64,000 nt of DNA, from assembly GCA_003153375.1 (NCBI GenBank), contig PLYM01000194.1, positions 20,879 through 84,878 of the forward strand, in the 5' to 3' direction. Numbering within the stretch: position 1 is the first letter of the stretch; every line of letters begins with the position of its first letter. The notes below the pieces were generated by a model. That model was not told the DNA's origin and did no database searches. It saw only the letters and a program-made list of their open reading frames with translations. Origin of the DNA: Planctomycetaceae bacterium. GTDB taxonomy: Bacteria > Planctomycetota > Planctomycetia > Pirellulales > PALSA-1355. Both the position numbers and the translations under genes were made by a program. This document shows, in pieces, positions 21,655 to 31,168 of this stretch.

Positions 21655-22701
21655 TCATCTACCTGGCTTCGCTTTGTATCCCAATGCTTCGGCTTGGGCG
21701 AAATCGGCGTGGGCTTTGGCTTTCTCGTCTTTCTGCCAGTACGAGTAGCCCCGAGCATAGAAAGTGTACCCACTTCTCGGATTGATCCCAATTGCCGCTG
21801 TATAGTCGTTGATTGCCCTGTCGTGGTCGCCCTTCTCGCGGTAGGCCCAGCCACGGTTGTGGTACGCGTCGGCATCCTTCGGGTTAAGTAGGACGGCCTC
21901 GGTGAAGTCAGCGATGGCCTTGTCGAATTCACCCTTCTTGACGTAGGCCAAGCCACGATTGTAGTACGTCGTGGCATGTTTCGGATCGAGTCTGATGGCC
22001 TCATCGTAGTCAGCGAAGGCCTTGTCGAACTCACCCTTCTTTCCATAGGCATAGCCCCGCCCACAATAGACTGCGGCATGTCGTGGATTGAGCCGAATCG
22101 ACTCCGTGAAGTCAGCGATCGCCTTGTCGAATTCGCCCTTCTCTTGGTTGGCATGGCCTCGCCCCCAATATGCCTCGGCAGATTGTGGATTGAGTCGAAT
22201 GGCCTCGGTGTAGTCCGCAATCGCCTTGTCGAATTCACTCTTCATTTCATAAATCTTGGCTCGCCCCTGAAATGCTTGAAACAACTTCGGGTCGAGGCGA
22301 ATAGCGTCGGTACAATCAGCAATTGCTCTGTCAAAATCACCCTTCTGAGCATAGACGATTCCTCGGACATAGCATGCCTCGGCACCGTGCGGGTCGGGGC
22401 GATTAGCCTCCGTGCAGTCAGCCATCGCCTTGTCGAGGTCGCCGTTCCTGCCGTGGGAGTGACCCCGCCAGCAATATGCCTCGGCCATCGTCGGATCAAG
22501 CTGTATGGCTTTGTCACAGTCGGCGATGGCCTTGTCGAATTCGCCTTTTCGCAAGTAAGCTTGGCCCCGGCGGGAATACGGCTGAGCGTTATGTGGATGC
22601 AGACGAATGCCTTCGGTGTAAGCCGCGATCGCTCCATCGAAATCGCCTTTGTCCCGCAGCGAATTGCCTTGCTTTGTTGCTTCATCTTCTGGGCTACTCA
22701 T
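21655..22701 (-). CDS. tetratricopeptide-repeat protein (about 9 tandem TPRs)
   Basis: Repeating 'GEFDKAIADYTEAIRLNP...A.AY..RG.AY'. Visibly lower GC than its neighbours. Confidence 0.85.
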   Translation of the reverse strand: MSSPEDEATKQGNSLRDKGDFDGAIAAYTEGIRLHPHNAQPYSRRGQAYLRKGEFDKAIADCDKAIQLDPTMAEAYCWRGHSHGRNGDLDKAMADCTEANRPDPHGAEACYVRGIVYAQKGDFDRAIADCTDAIRLDPKLFQAFQGRAKIYEMKSEFDKAIADYTEAIRLNPQSAEAYWGRGHANQEKGEFDKAIADFTESIRLNPRHAAVYCGRGYAYGKKGEFDKAFADYDEAIRLDPKHATTYYNRGLAYVKKGEFDKAIADFTEAVLLNPKDADAYHNRGWAYREKGDHDRAINDYTAAIGINPRSGYTFYARGYSYWQKDEKAKAHADFAQAEALGYKAKPGR

Positions 22702-22788
22702 AACGAATTCTCCTACAGTGCCACCCATTGCTGCTGGCAGCGGCCATTTTCAATTGGAGCAAGTGCAAGAGATCGTTGCAAAAAGTGC

Positions 22789-22838
22789 AAAAAGGGGACG
22801 GGAGTCAAATCGATCGATTTGACTCCCGTCCCCTTTTT
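22789..22838. terminator. perfect 50-nt palindrome (25-bp stem) directly after a stop codon
   Basis: aaaaaggggacgggagtcaaatcga|tcgatttgactcccgtccccttttt. It starts 1 nt after the stop of the 22839..23861 gene. Confidence 0.85.
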
Positions 22839-23861
22839 CTAGAACACGATCTTCCCATCATCCATCGGCTGGGGCGCGCCGGCTCCCGTCGGGCGGGGCC
22901 TGAGAAAATCGTCGAGCAACTGGTCGCTGTTGCCGCCAAGTTGGGAGACGCGGGTGAAGAAGACGCTGGCTCGATCGCGCTGGCCGTCGAAGTAGAGCGT
23001 CATGCCCAGCGCCAGCAGGGCGTTGGAGTCGAGCGGGTTGGCTTCGATGGCCTTGGCCAGATTTTCCAGGTGCTCGTCCTTGGCTAGTTGAGCGTTGCCG
23101 TACAACTCGTTCAAGCGAAATGGCGAGCCGGCCCAGTCGGAGCGAATCTTCAGGCCCCGGCGAAAGGCTTTGACCGCGTTGTCATACTGGCCCACCGCCA
23201 CCATCGCATATCCTTGCCGAAAGAACGGCTCGGCCAGGTCGGGCGCGAATTGGGCCGCCGATTTGTAACGCTCGATCGCGGCGAAGAACTGCTGCTTGCC
23301 GAAATTCGTGTCGCCCATGCCCAGCAGCTTGCCGGCCCGCGTTTTCTGATCGGCCGTGCTGACGCGCGGCTTCGGTTTCGCCGCGGGCTCGGGCGGATCG
23401 ACCGGATCGAGATTGCGCGGCTCGGGCGCCGGCCGCGGCGCGACGGAAAAATTGACGCTCGGCGCGACGTAATAAGGAATCGTCGCCAGGTAGGGCCCGA
23501 ACGTCGGCGTGTAATAGCCGCTCCAGGCAAACGGATAGCCGCCGAAATAAGCCGACGACGAGTAGATGAACGGCGAGTAGCCCGCCCAGTAATGCTGATG
23601 ATGCCCCGCAAAGCCGCCGTGCAGCGAGCCGGCCTGTGCTGCTGCGGCCATGGGAGCGACGTGCGCCACATGTGGCCCGCCCCCCGCGCGGCCGACATGC
23701 GGCTGTGCGTGAGACGGTTGCGTCAGCGTGAAGTAATGGACCGTCGGCGCTGCCGCCTGGCCCGCTTGAACAGGGAGCCGATGAACCTGCCCCAACGCCG
23801 GCAGCCCTAGCCACCCAACCGCCAATCCCGTGAGCAAGAAGCTCGAAACAAGATGTCGCAT
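22839..23861 (-). CDS. secreted hypothetical protein with Tyr/Pro-rich middle and TPR-like C-terminus
   Basis: Signal peptide MRHLVSSFLLTGLAVGWLGLPALG. No domain recognised. Confidence 0.6.
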   Translation of the reverse strand: MRHLVSSFLLTGLAVGWLGLPALGQVHRLPVQAGQAAAPTVHYFTLTQPSHAQPHVGRAGGGPHVAHVAPMAAAAQAGSLHGGFAGHHQHYWAGYSPFIYSSSAYFGGYPFAWSGYYTPTFGPYLATIPYYVAPSVNFSVAPRPAPEPRNLDPVDPPEPAAKPKPRVSTADQKTRAGKLLGMGDTNFGKQQFFAAIERYKSAAQFAPDLAEPFFRQGYAMVAVGQYDNAVKAFRRGLKIRSDWAGSPFRLNELYGNAQLAKDEHLENLAKAIEANPLDSNALLALGMTLYFDGQRDRASVFFTRVSQLGGNSDQLLDDFLRPRPTGAGAPQPMDDGKIVF

Positions 23862-23944
23862 CGGCCCTCCCCTTGGCCAACGACACAACGCACGTCGCCG
23901 ACAATCATTATCGGCCGCGCCGGTTTCACATTCAAGACGGAAAG

Positions 23945-24033
23945 AGAGGCTGGAGGCCGGAGACCGAAGGTTAGAACCTACCCGCCTCATTTTCATCCTT
24001 CATCCTTCCGCCTTCATCCTTCGTCTTCCATGC
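23945..24033. repeat. composite repeat: half-arm of the 'gaggctggaggccggagacc' family plus a 'tcatcct' heptamer element (copy A)
   Basis: 23990..24033 'ttttcatccttcatccttccgccttcatccttcgtcttccatgc' recurs at 30415..30464. Confidence 0.7.
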
Positions 24034-24844
24034 TCGCCTGCCCCAGCACCTTGCGCAGCGCCGTCATCGCCACCTCGCCGAACTGCAAGGGAGCGATCCG
24101 CCAGATCTGGGGGTTCATCAGCTCGACCGAGACGTGGCCGGCGTAGCCAATCTGGCGCAGGTGTTCGACCAAGGGCGCCAGGTTGAAGTCGCCGTCGCCG
24201 GGCAGCACCCGGTCGGCGTCGCTGGCAAATTCCCGGGCCACCCCGGCCAGGTCGCACAACTGCACGTGAAACAAATTGTTAGTCGACAGGTAGCCATAAT
24301 CCTCGGCCTTGCTCGGCCCCGTGTAGTAGTGGAAGGCGTCGAGGCAGATGCCAAGTTGCGGGCTGGCGATTTCGGCCACCAGGGCGGCGGCCGTTTGCAG
24401 GTTGTTGGCAAACGCCGCCCGGCCCTGAAACTCCAGGGCCAGCCGCACGCCGTGTCGCCCGGCCAGTTCGGCTCCTTGTCGCAAGGAGAGCTGAATGCGG
24501 TCGAGTCCCTGCTGATCGAGCGGGCCACCGATGTCGCCGGCCACGACCAGCGTGCCAATGCCCAGCCGTTCGCATTGGGCCAGGCGATTGCCGAACGCCT
24601 CCCAGTGCTGCTTGCGCGCCTCGCCCTGGCTGATCAGCAACCCGCCCTGAAAGCTGGCCACGGGCGTCGCCACGCCATGCTCGGACAGAAGCTTCGTCAG
24701 GTCGTTTTCGCTGTGCCGCTCGAGATACTGATCGAGCTTGCCGATCCAAAGCTCGATCGCCTGGCAGTGGCCGGCCGCGTAGTCCTCGATGTCCTGCTCC
24801 AGCGGCGATTCGAGCGAACAGACATTGGCCAGTGCCGGTTTCAC
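24014..24844 (-). CDS. sugar phosphate isomerase/epimerase (xylose isomerase-like TIM barrel)
   Basis: GTG start (MKPALANVCSL...) overlaps the glyQS stop in a GTGA arrangement. The N-terminal extension of the 406-aa ORF is Arg/Gly-rich and overlaps glyQS. Confidence 0.75.
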   Translation of the reverse strand: MKPALANVCSLESPLEQDIEDYAAGHCQAIELWIGKLDQYLERHSENDLTKLLSEHGVATPVASFQGGLLISQGEARKQHWEAFGNRLAQCERLGIGTLVVAGDIGGPLDQQGLDRIQLSLRQGAELAGRHGVRLALEFQGRAAFANNLQTAAALVAEIASPQLGICLDAFHYYTGPSKAEDYGYLSTNNLFHVQLCDLAGVAREFASDADRVLPGDGDFNLAPLVEHLRQIGYAGHVSVELMNPQIWRIAPLQFGEVAMTALRKVLGQASMEDEG

Positions 24845-26466
24845 GTTGCCAGTTCCCCGCCCGCGATCAGCCGGCTGATCTCGGCCACCGTGTCGTCGGC
24901 CTTGATGCGCCACTGCTTGAGCGAATCGCGATCGCGCACCGTGACGGTCTGGTCCACCAGCGTCTGGCCGTCGACCGTAATGCAGTAGGGAGTGCCGGCC
25001 TCGTCCTGGCGGCGATAGCGGCGGCCGACGGCACCCTTCTCGTCGTAAAACACGTTGAACGATTTCTTCAGGTCGCGATAAATCCGCTGGGCCACCTCGG
25101 GCATGCCGTCCTTCTTCACCAGCGGAAACACCGCCGCCTTGACTGGCGCGATGCGGGGATGGAACTTCATCACCACGCGCTGCTGCATCTTGCCGTTTTC
25201 GTCGGGGGCTTCGTCCTCGGTGTAGGCCTGGCACAAGAACGCCAGCGTGGCCCGATCGGCGCCGGCCGAGGGCTCGATCACGTGCGGCACGAACCGCTCG
25301 TTGGTCAGGTCATCGCGATAGCTCAAGTCCTTGCCGCTGCCCCGATGCCGCGGCTTGCCCTCGGCGTCGAGCTCGACCACCAGCTCGTTGCCTTGCCGCA
25401 CCAGCTTGCCTTCCATGTGGCTGCGCAGATCAAAATCGCCGCGATGGGCGATGCCCTCCAGCTCGCCGAATTCGCCCGGCGGCAGGAACGGAAACGCATA
25501 TTCGATGTCGGCCGTGCCGCACGAATAGTGGCTCAGCTCATCCTGGTCGTGATCGCGCAGCCGCAGCCGCTCTCCCTCGAGCCCCAGGCTCAGATACCAG
25601 GCATAACGCCGGTCGCGCCAGAATTTGTACCACTCGGGCGACGACTTGGGATGGCAGAAGAATTCGATCTCCATCTGCTCGAACTCGCGCGAGCGAAACG
25701 TGAAGTTGCGGGGCGTGATCTCGTTGCGAAAACTCTTGCCCATCTGCGCGATGCCAAACGGCACCCGCACGCGCGAGCTGTCGAGCACGTTCTTGAAGTT
25801 GACGAAAATGCCCTGGGCCGTCTCGGGCCGCAGGAAGGCCGCGCCTTCCTCGCCGCTCAGGGCGCCGACGTAGGTTTTAAACATCAAGTTGAATTCGCGC
25901 GGCGGGGTCAGCGTGCCCAATTCCTTGGCGTCGGGCCCCAACACCCGCGAAAACTCGGGCACCGCGGTCAGCAAGACCAGCGGGCCGTCCCACTTCAACT
26001 GGTCAACGTCCTTGCCGCGCAGGTTGAAGAACTTGAGCGCCCGCTGTTGCGTCTCGGCCTCGCCTTCCTCGCCCCCCTGCTGCGTCGCGACGAAGATGCG
26101 CTGCCCCTTGGCCTCCAGCCAGCGGCCGCGCACCTGGTCGAGGCGGTAGCGCTTCTTCGACTCGCGACAGTCGACCATATAGTCGTGAAACAGGTCGTAG
26201 TGGCCCGAGCACTTCCAAACCTGCGGGTGCATGATGATCGTGCAATCGAGGCCGGTCATCTCGTACGGCTCGGGCGCGCCCGAGAGCGTGGCCAGATCAT
26301 CGTGGCCGCGGACCATGTCCTGCCACCAGGCTTCCTTGACGTTCCGCTTCAACTCGACGCCCAGCGGCCCATAGTCCCAGAAGCCGTTCAAGCCGCCGTA
26401 GATTTCGCTCGACTGAAACAGAAAGCCGCGCCGCTTGCACAGCGACACCAGTTTGTCCATGTCCAT
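24841..26466 (-). CDS. glyQS: glycine--tRNA ligase (dimeric class II type)
   Basis: 'LVSLCKRRGFLFQSSEIYGGLNGFWDYGPLGVELKRNVKEAWW' is the canonical GlyQS N-terminus. Confidence 0.95.
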   Translation of the reverse strand: MDMDKLVSLCKRRGFLFQSSEIYGGLNGFWDYGPLGVELKRNVKEAWWQDMVRGHDDLATLSGAPEPYEMTGLDCTIIMHPQVWKCSGHYDLFHDYMVDCRESKKRYRLDQVRGRWLEAKGQRIFVATQQGGEEGEAETQQRALKFFNLRGKDVDQLKWDGPLVLLTAVPEFSRVLGPDAKELGTLTPPREFNLMFKTYVGALSGEEGAAFLRPETAQGIFVNFKNVLDSSRVRVPFGIAQMGKSFRNEITPRNFTFRSREFEQMEIEFFCHPKSSPEWYKFWRDRRYAWYLSLGLEGERLRLRDHDQDELSHYSCGTADIEYAFPFLPPGEFGELEGIAHRGDFDLRSHMEGKLVRQGNELVVELDAEGKPRHRGSGKDLSYRDDLTNERFVPHVIEPSAGADRATLAFLCQAYTEDEAPDENGKMQQRVVMKFHPRIAPVKAAVFPLVKKDGMPEVAQRIYRDLKKSFNVFYDEKGAVGRRYRRQDEAGTPYCITVDGQTLVDQTVTVRDRDSLKQWRIKADDTVAEISRLIAGGELAT

Positions 26467-26619
26467 GGCAGGAATCGATCTCCAACAATCAATGAATCGG
26501 CGTAATCTACGGGTCGCTGCGAGTTTTGAAGTTTACCCGGCACCCTCCGGGTCGGTCTATGCCTGGGCCGAGCCGCCGGTTGTCGAAAAGATGGCAACCG
26601 GACGCCCGTCGAGTCGCGA

Positions 26620-27411
26620 TTAAAGCGTGATCTCTCCGCGATCGGCGAAATACCGCGGCATGATCGCATAGCGGTCGATCTCGGCGGCCAGCTCGATGTC
26701 GCTGGCCATGCCGATCTCGATCAAGTTGAGCCCGCCGCGGCTGGAGCGCATGGCCGCGACAAGCCGGGTTCGCAATGCGTCGCCGTTCTGGCCACCGGCA
26801 ACGTGCAGCCAGGCGTCGCGAGCCACCGTGGCCGCGTCGTTCGGCTGCCAGCCAGGTGATTCCGTCAGCCGCGCCACGACCGCGCCGGCAAACAGGACAT
26901 CCTCGCGCGTGATCTGCCCGTCGGTGCCTGCGCAGAGCAAATCGACGTGCGTCAGATCGGCTGCGGCCGCGCAGACGGCCGAAAAGTTGACGAACGCCCC
27001 GATAATGACCTGCCCCGCCGATCGCGCGTGCAACAGCGCCTTGGTGCCGTTGGTGGTGGTCAACAGCACCGTCCGCCCGCCAACCGTCGCGGGAGTATAC
27101 TCCGCCGGCGAATTGCCCAGGTCGAAGCCGTCAATCGGGCGTCCGCCGCGCTCGCCGGCCAGCACGCACGCCTTGCGTGCCGCGACGCGATGAGCTTCCA
27201 ACGCTGCTTCGATCGACAGAAACGGCACCACGCGCCGCGCGCCAGCGGCCACGGCCGCCACGATCGTCGTCGTGGCCCGCAACACGTCGATCACCACGCA
27301 GCCGCCAGGAATTGCCCGTTGCCGGCTGTCGAACAATAGCGAACTAGTACCCAAGTCCTCGGGCGCGACCAGCTCCGGCAAAAAATGAACTCGTAAAGGG
27401 CGCATCGGCAT
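26620..27411 (-). CDS. 2-phosphosulfolactate phosphatase (ComB) family protein
   Basis: 'VVIDVLRATTTIVAAVAAGARRVVPF' matches the family. The start is either of two nearby ATGs. Confidence 0.7.
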   Translation of the reverse strand: MPMRPLRVHFLPELVAPEDLGTSSLLFDSRQRAIPGGCVVIDVLRATTTIVAAVAAGARRVVPFLSIEAALEAHRVAARKACVLAGERGGRPIDGFDLGNSPAEYTPATVGGRTVLLTTTNGTKALLHARSAGQVIIGAFVNFSAVCAAAADLTHVDLLCAGTDGQITREDVLFAGAVVARLTESPGWQPNDAATVARDAWLHVAGGQNGDALRTRLVAAMRSSRGGLNLIEIGMASDIELAAEIDRYAIMPRYFADRGEITL

Positions 27412-27546
27412 TCTCGGCTCTGCTCGGGTCAGCTTCCATGATAGCGACCGGCCGCCGCGCCGGCACGGGCCACGCACACACCAGCCGTGACGTGCACCCA
27501 CACGCCGTGCGATCTCCTCTAACTCGGTCTCCCAGGCGCCGTTACA

Positions 27547-29013
27547 ATGGCCGCCATGTCATACCGTTCGCTGGCTGATTTTCTCGAAGAGCTCTCGGCG
27601 CACGGCGAGCTCCAGCGCATCGCCGCCGAGGTCGATCCCGCGCTGGAAGTGGCCGAAATCACCCGTCGCGTTGCGGCCAGCGGCGGCCCCGCGCTGCTCT
27701 TCGAGCGCGTGCGCGGCGCGAGCCTGGCGGTCGTCACCAATTTGCTCGGCACCGAAGCCCGCGTGTGCCGCGCGCTGGCGATCGAGTCATTGGATGAAAT
27801 TCCGCTGCGCTGCGAGGCCTTGATTCAGAAAAACACGCCCCAGAACTGGTTCGACCGCCTGAAAACGTCGCCCGAGGACGTGGGCGCCAACAAGTTTCGC
27901 GCCCGCGTGGCCAAGAGCGGCCCCTGCCAGCAGGTCGTGCGGCTGGGACGCGACGTCGACCTGGCCACCTTCCCGCTCGTCAAGCAATGGCCCGCCGAAT
28001 CGGCCCCGGCAATCACCGCCGGACAGTTGATCTCGCCAGGCCAGGACTCTCAGCAGCGCGGCGTCAGCCTTTGCTCGCTGCAAGCCGCCGGGCCCAGCGC
28101 CTTGGCGGTTCTCGACGACGGGCACTCGAGCTTTGCGCGCCACTGGGCTCGGCATCGCGCGGCCGGAGAGAAAATGCCCGCCGCCGTGGTGGTCGGCGGA
28201 GATCCCGCGTCGCTGATCGCGGCCAGCCTCGAAGTGCCGGACGACGCCGACGCCTACCATGTGACGGGCTTGCTGCGCGGCGCGCCGGTCGACCTGGTCA
28301 AATGCCGCACCCACGCGATCGAAGTGCCGGCCGATGCCGACCTCGTGTTTGAAGGTTATCTCGACCCCGAAGCGCCGCTGGCCGATGTCGTCGCGGCCGC
28401 CGCCGGCGGCAGTTACTATCGCCAAGCGTTGCCCGCGTCGGTATTGCACGTGACGGCTGTCACGCACCGCAGTCACGCGTTGTTTCCGGCACTGGTGGAA
28501 AGTGGATCGCAGGGCGATCACGCGGCCTTGCTGGCCGCCCGCGAGCGGATGCTGCTGCCGGCGGTGCGCAACGTGGCACCGGACGTCGTCGATTTGCACC
28601 TACCCACCTATGGCGGCCCGCATCGCTACGCGTTCGTTTCCATCCACAAGCGCTATCCGTTTCAGTCGCGGCAGATCGCCAGCGCCCTGTGGGGTTCCGA
28701 TGCGCTAAGGTTCGTCAAGTTCCTGATCCTGGTCGATCCGCACGTCAACGTGCACGACGTGGCCGCCGTGTTCGCTGCCGTCGGCGCCAACGTTGCCCCC
28801 GAGCGCGACGTCTTCTCCTATGACGGCCCCGCCCACGGTTCGGATCACGCCCAGCACCTCGATCAACTCAGCCGCCACCTGGCCTTCGACGCCACCGCCA
28901 AGCTGCCCACCGAACAAGCCGGCCCCTGGCCCGCTCCCTTGGCCACCAGCGAAGAAATCCGGCGGCTGGTTACCGAGCGTTGGGAAGAGTATCGGGTGAA
29001 GTCGCAAAGCTGA
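27547..29013 (+). CDS. UbiD-family decarboxylase (menaquinone biosynthesis)
   Basis: 'YRSLADFLEELSAHGELQRIAAEVDPALEVAEITRRV' is a UbiD-type N-terminus. UbiX, UbiE and UbiA-like genes lie nearby. Confidence 0.85.
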   Translation: MAAMSYRSLADFLEELSAHGELQRIAAEVDPALEVAEITRRVAASGGPALLFERVRGASLAVVTNLLGTEARVCRALAIESLDEIPLRCEALIQKNTPQNWFDRLKTSPEDVGANKFRARVAKSGPCQQVVRLGRDVDLATFPLVKQWPAESAPAITAGQLISPGQDSQQRGVSLCSLQAAGPSALAVLDDGHSSFARHWARHRAAGEKMPAAVVVGGDPASLIAASLEVPDDADAYHVTGLLRGAPVDLVKCRTHAIEVPADADLVFEGYLDPEAPLADVVAAAAGGSYYRQALPASVLHVTAVTHRSHALFPALVESGSQGDHAALLAARERMLLPAVRNVAPDVVDLHLPTYGGPHRYAFVSIHKRYPFQSRQIASALWGSDALRFVKFLILVDPHVNVHDVAAVFAAVGANVAPERDVFSYDGPAHGSDHAQHLDQLSRHLAFDATAKLPTEQAGPWPAPLATSEEIRRLVTERWEEYRVKSQS

Positions 29014-29081
29014 TCGAGTCAAGCGACACGTCACCACGGGCGAAATTTGGCTGAGGCGCATCTCCTCGCGGTTCTTCTCCC

Positions 29082-30074
29082 TCAGCGCTTGCGGCGCCAG
29101 GCAAACACGCTGAACGCTGCCGTCGCCAGCCCCAGCAAACACAACGTCGACGGCTCGGGCACGACCGTAACCAGGTACGTGCTGTTCGCCGGATCATAGA
29201 TCGCTCCCCGGGCGATGCCTGGCAGGGGAATGGTTCCGCGGCTGGTGCGGTTCACCGCGTCGTACAGATACAGCGTGGCATTGCCGTTGGCGTCGTAGGT
29301 GGCGATGCCAAGCGTGCGGTTCGTCGAATCGTAGAAGCTCGTCGAGGCGGTGCCGGGAGTTGTGATCGTTTCGGTGCTTTGAATGATGCGCGACGTGGCG
29401 TCGTAGGCGTAGGTGGTCGTGTTGCCCAAGCTGTCAGGCACCGACACATTGAGGCGATTGCCATTGGGGTCATAAGCATACGAGGTCACGCGGCCCTGCG
29501 TGTCGATGTTGTCGCTGGTTTGCGCCAGCCGACTCGTCGAGTCGTAGGCATACGTGGTCGTGTGCCCATTCGTGTCGGGAACCGCCACGTTGATTTGGTT
29601 GTTGGCCGAGTCGTAGGCCGTGGCTGTCGCAGTGCCGGTCGTATTGATGTTGCTCGAGCTTTGGATCGCGCGAGAAGCCCCGTCGTAGGCGTAGGTCGTG
29701 GTGTTGCCGTTGGCGTCGGTCGTCGAGACGTTCACCTGATTGTTGACCGAGTCATAGGCGCCTCCGGCGCCCGTGCCGCTGGTATTGATCGTGGCGCCGC
29801 TCTGAATCACGCGCGAGGTCGCGTCATAGGCATACGTCGTGACGTGACCCAGGTTGTTGGTCGAGATATCAATCTGGTGCTGCGTCGTGTCGTAGACGCT
29901 GACAAAGACCACGCCGGGCGTGGAAAAGCTGGCGCTGGAAATGAACTGGATGTGCAGCGGATCGCTCACGTCATAGACATAGGTCGTGCTGTCGGCCAGC
30001 GCCGCGGAGCCTGACAAGAGAGCAGCCACCACCGCCGCGCCGATCGTGCGGGCCGACAAGCATTTCCGACTCAT
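29082..30074 (-). CDS. YD/RHS-repeat protein with PEP-CTERM anchor
   Basis: Signal peptide, at least 6 units of 'G(N/H)TTTYAYD(A/S)TSR.IQS...', and a C-terminal 'VPEPSTLCLLGLATAAFSVFAWRRKR'. Confidence 0.8.
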   Translation of the reverse strand: MSRKCLSARTIGAAVVAALLSGSAALADSTTYVYDVSDPLHIQFISSASFSTPGVVFVSVYDTTQHQIDISTNNLGHVTTYAYDATSRVIQSGATINTSGTGAGGAYDSVNNQVNVSTTDANGNTTTYAYDGASRAIQSSSNINTTGTATATAYDSANNQINVAVPDTNGHTTTYAYDSTSRLAQTSDNIDTQGRVTSYAYDPNGNRLNVSVPDSLGNTTTYAYDATSRIIQSTETITTPGTASTSFYDSTNRTLGIATYDANGNATLYLYDAVNRTSRGTIPLPGIARGAIYDPANSTYLVTVVPEPSTLCLLGLATAAFSVFAWRRKR

Positions 30075-30414
30075 GAGCGTTCCCCCTTGCGATGAAAAAA
30101 CGATCCGATCCAGCCACCCGACCCCGTGTGATTAAACCGCGCGAAAAATAGAAAGTCAAGAAATTCACTTGATTGCTCGCGGGTCGCTACTGTTCGCAAT
30201 TTGGGGTGGCAAAAACCACTGCGGATGCAGCGCGAGCAGACTCGAAGCAAACTCGCTTTGACCTCGAATCACCGGCGACAACGCAAGAGCCGATTCCGAC
30301 ATGATCGCTATCGATTCGTCGTTGGGGCCCAACCCAAGCTCCTCCCGCTCCCGCGTGCAAAACGCTAGGCTGTACCAATCACCGCCACTTTGCCCTGGGC
30401 GTTGTCGCCCCTCG

Positions 30415-30464
30415 TTTTCATCCTTCATCCTTCATCCTTCCGCCTTCATCCTTCTCCTCCATGC
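30415..30464. repeat. 'tcatcct' heptamer element, copy B, ending in the ubiE start codon
   Basis: ttttcatccttcatccttcatccttccgccttcatccttctcctccATGc. The ATG at 30461 is the ubiE/menG start. Confidence 0.7.
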
Positions 30465-31168
30465 CCGTCGACAAGTCGGAAGTTCGAGTGCGGCGGATGT
30501 TCGATGAGATCGCGCCGCGTTACGACTTCATGAACCATTTGCTCTCGCTGGGCATCGATGTCTACTGGCGGTGGCGCACGGTGCGCAAGGTGCCTCCGGC
30601 GGGCGAGGCCCCGATTTTGGACCTGTGTACCGGCACGGGCGATCTGGCCTTGGCCTATTACAAGGCCTCCGGGCGGCGCACGCCGGTCGTCGGAGCCGAT
30701 TTCTGCCATCCGATGCTGGTCATCGGCCGCGGCAAGGCGGCCGACGGGCAGGCCGACGGGGTGACGTTCGTCGAGGCCGACGCGCAGCGATTGCCCTTTG
30801 TCGATGGTCATTTTCAGATTGTCTCCGTCGCCTTCGGGCTGCGCAACGTGACCGATACGGATCAGGGTTTGCGCGAGATGCTGCGCGTCTGCCGGCCGGG
30901 CGGTCGCATCGCGGTGCTCGAGTTCTCGATGCCTTGCTGGCAGCCGTTCAAGTTTCTGTACGGCGCCTATTTTCGCCACGTGCTGCCACGCATCGGCCAG
31001 GCCCTGGCGCGCAACCGGCATGACGCCTACAATTATCTGCCGGACAGCGTCGGCGAGTTTCCCTCGGGCGAGGCCCTGGCCGAGCGGATGCGCGCGGCCG
31101 GCGCCAGCCAGGTGCAGCACTATCCGCTTTCGCTCGGCGTGGCCACGCTTTATGTAGGCACGAAATGA
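30461..31168 (+). CDS. ubiE: demethylmenaquinone / ubiquinone C-methyltransferase
   Basis: 'VRRMFDEIAPRYDFMNHLLSLGIDVYWR' and 'ILDLCTGTGDLA' are canonical UbiE/MenG blocks. Confidence 0.9.
   Translation: MPVDKSEVRVRRMFDEIAPRYDFMNHLLSLGIDVYWRWRTVRKVPPAGEAPILDLCTGTGDLALAYYKASGRRTPVVGADFCHPMLVIGRGKAADGQADGVTFVEADAQRLPFVDGHFQIVSVAFGLRNVTDTDQGLREMLRVCRPGGRIAVLEFSMPCWQPFKFLYGAYFRHVLPRIGQALARNRHDAYNYLPDSVGEFPSGEALAERMRAAGASQVQHYPLSLGVATLYVGTK

Noticed and set aside
21603-22238. 211-aa and 147-aa alternative-frame ORFs within the TPR gene region
   Set aside because: They are frame-shifted readings of the tandem TPR-coding repeats. The 357-aa frame gives canonical TPR consensus.
23990-24033. The 'tcatcct' and 'ggaggccggagg' repeat runs as a CRISPR array
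   Set aside because: The units are 7-9 nt and directly tandem, with no spacers of constant length. No cas genes are present in the window.
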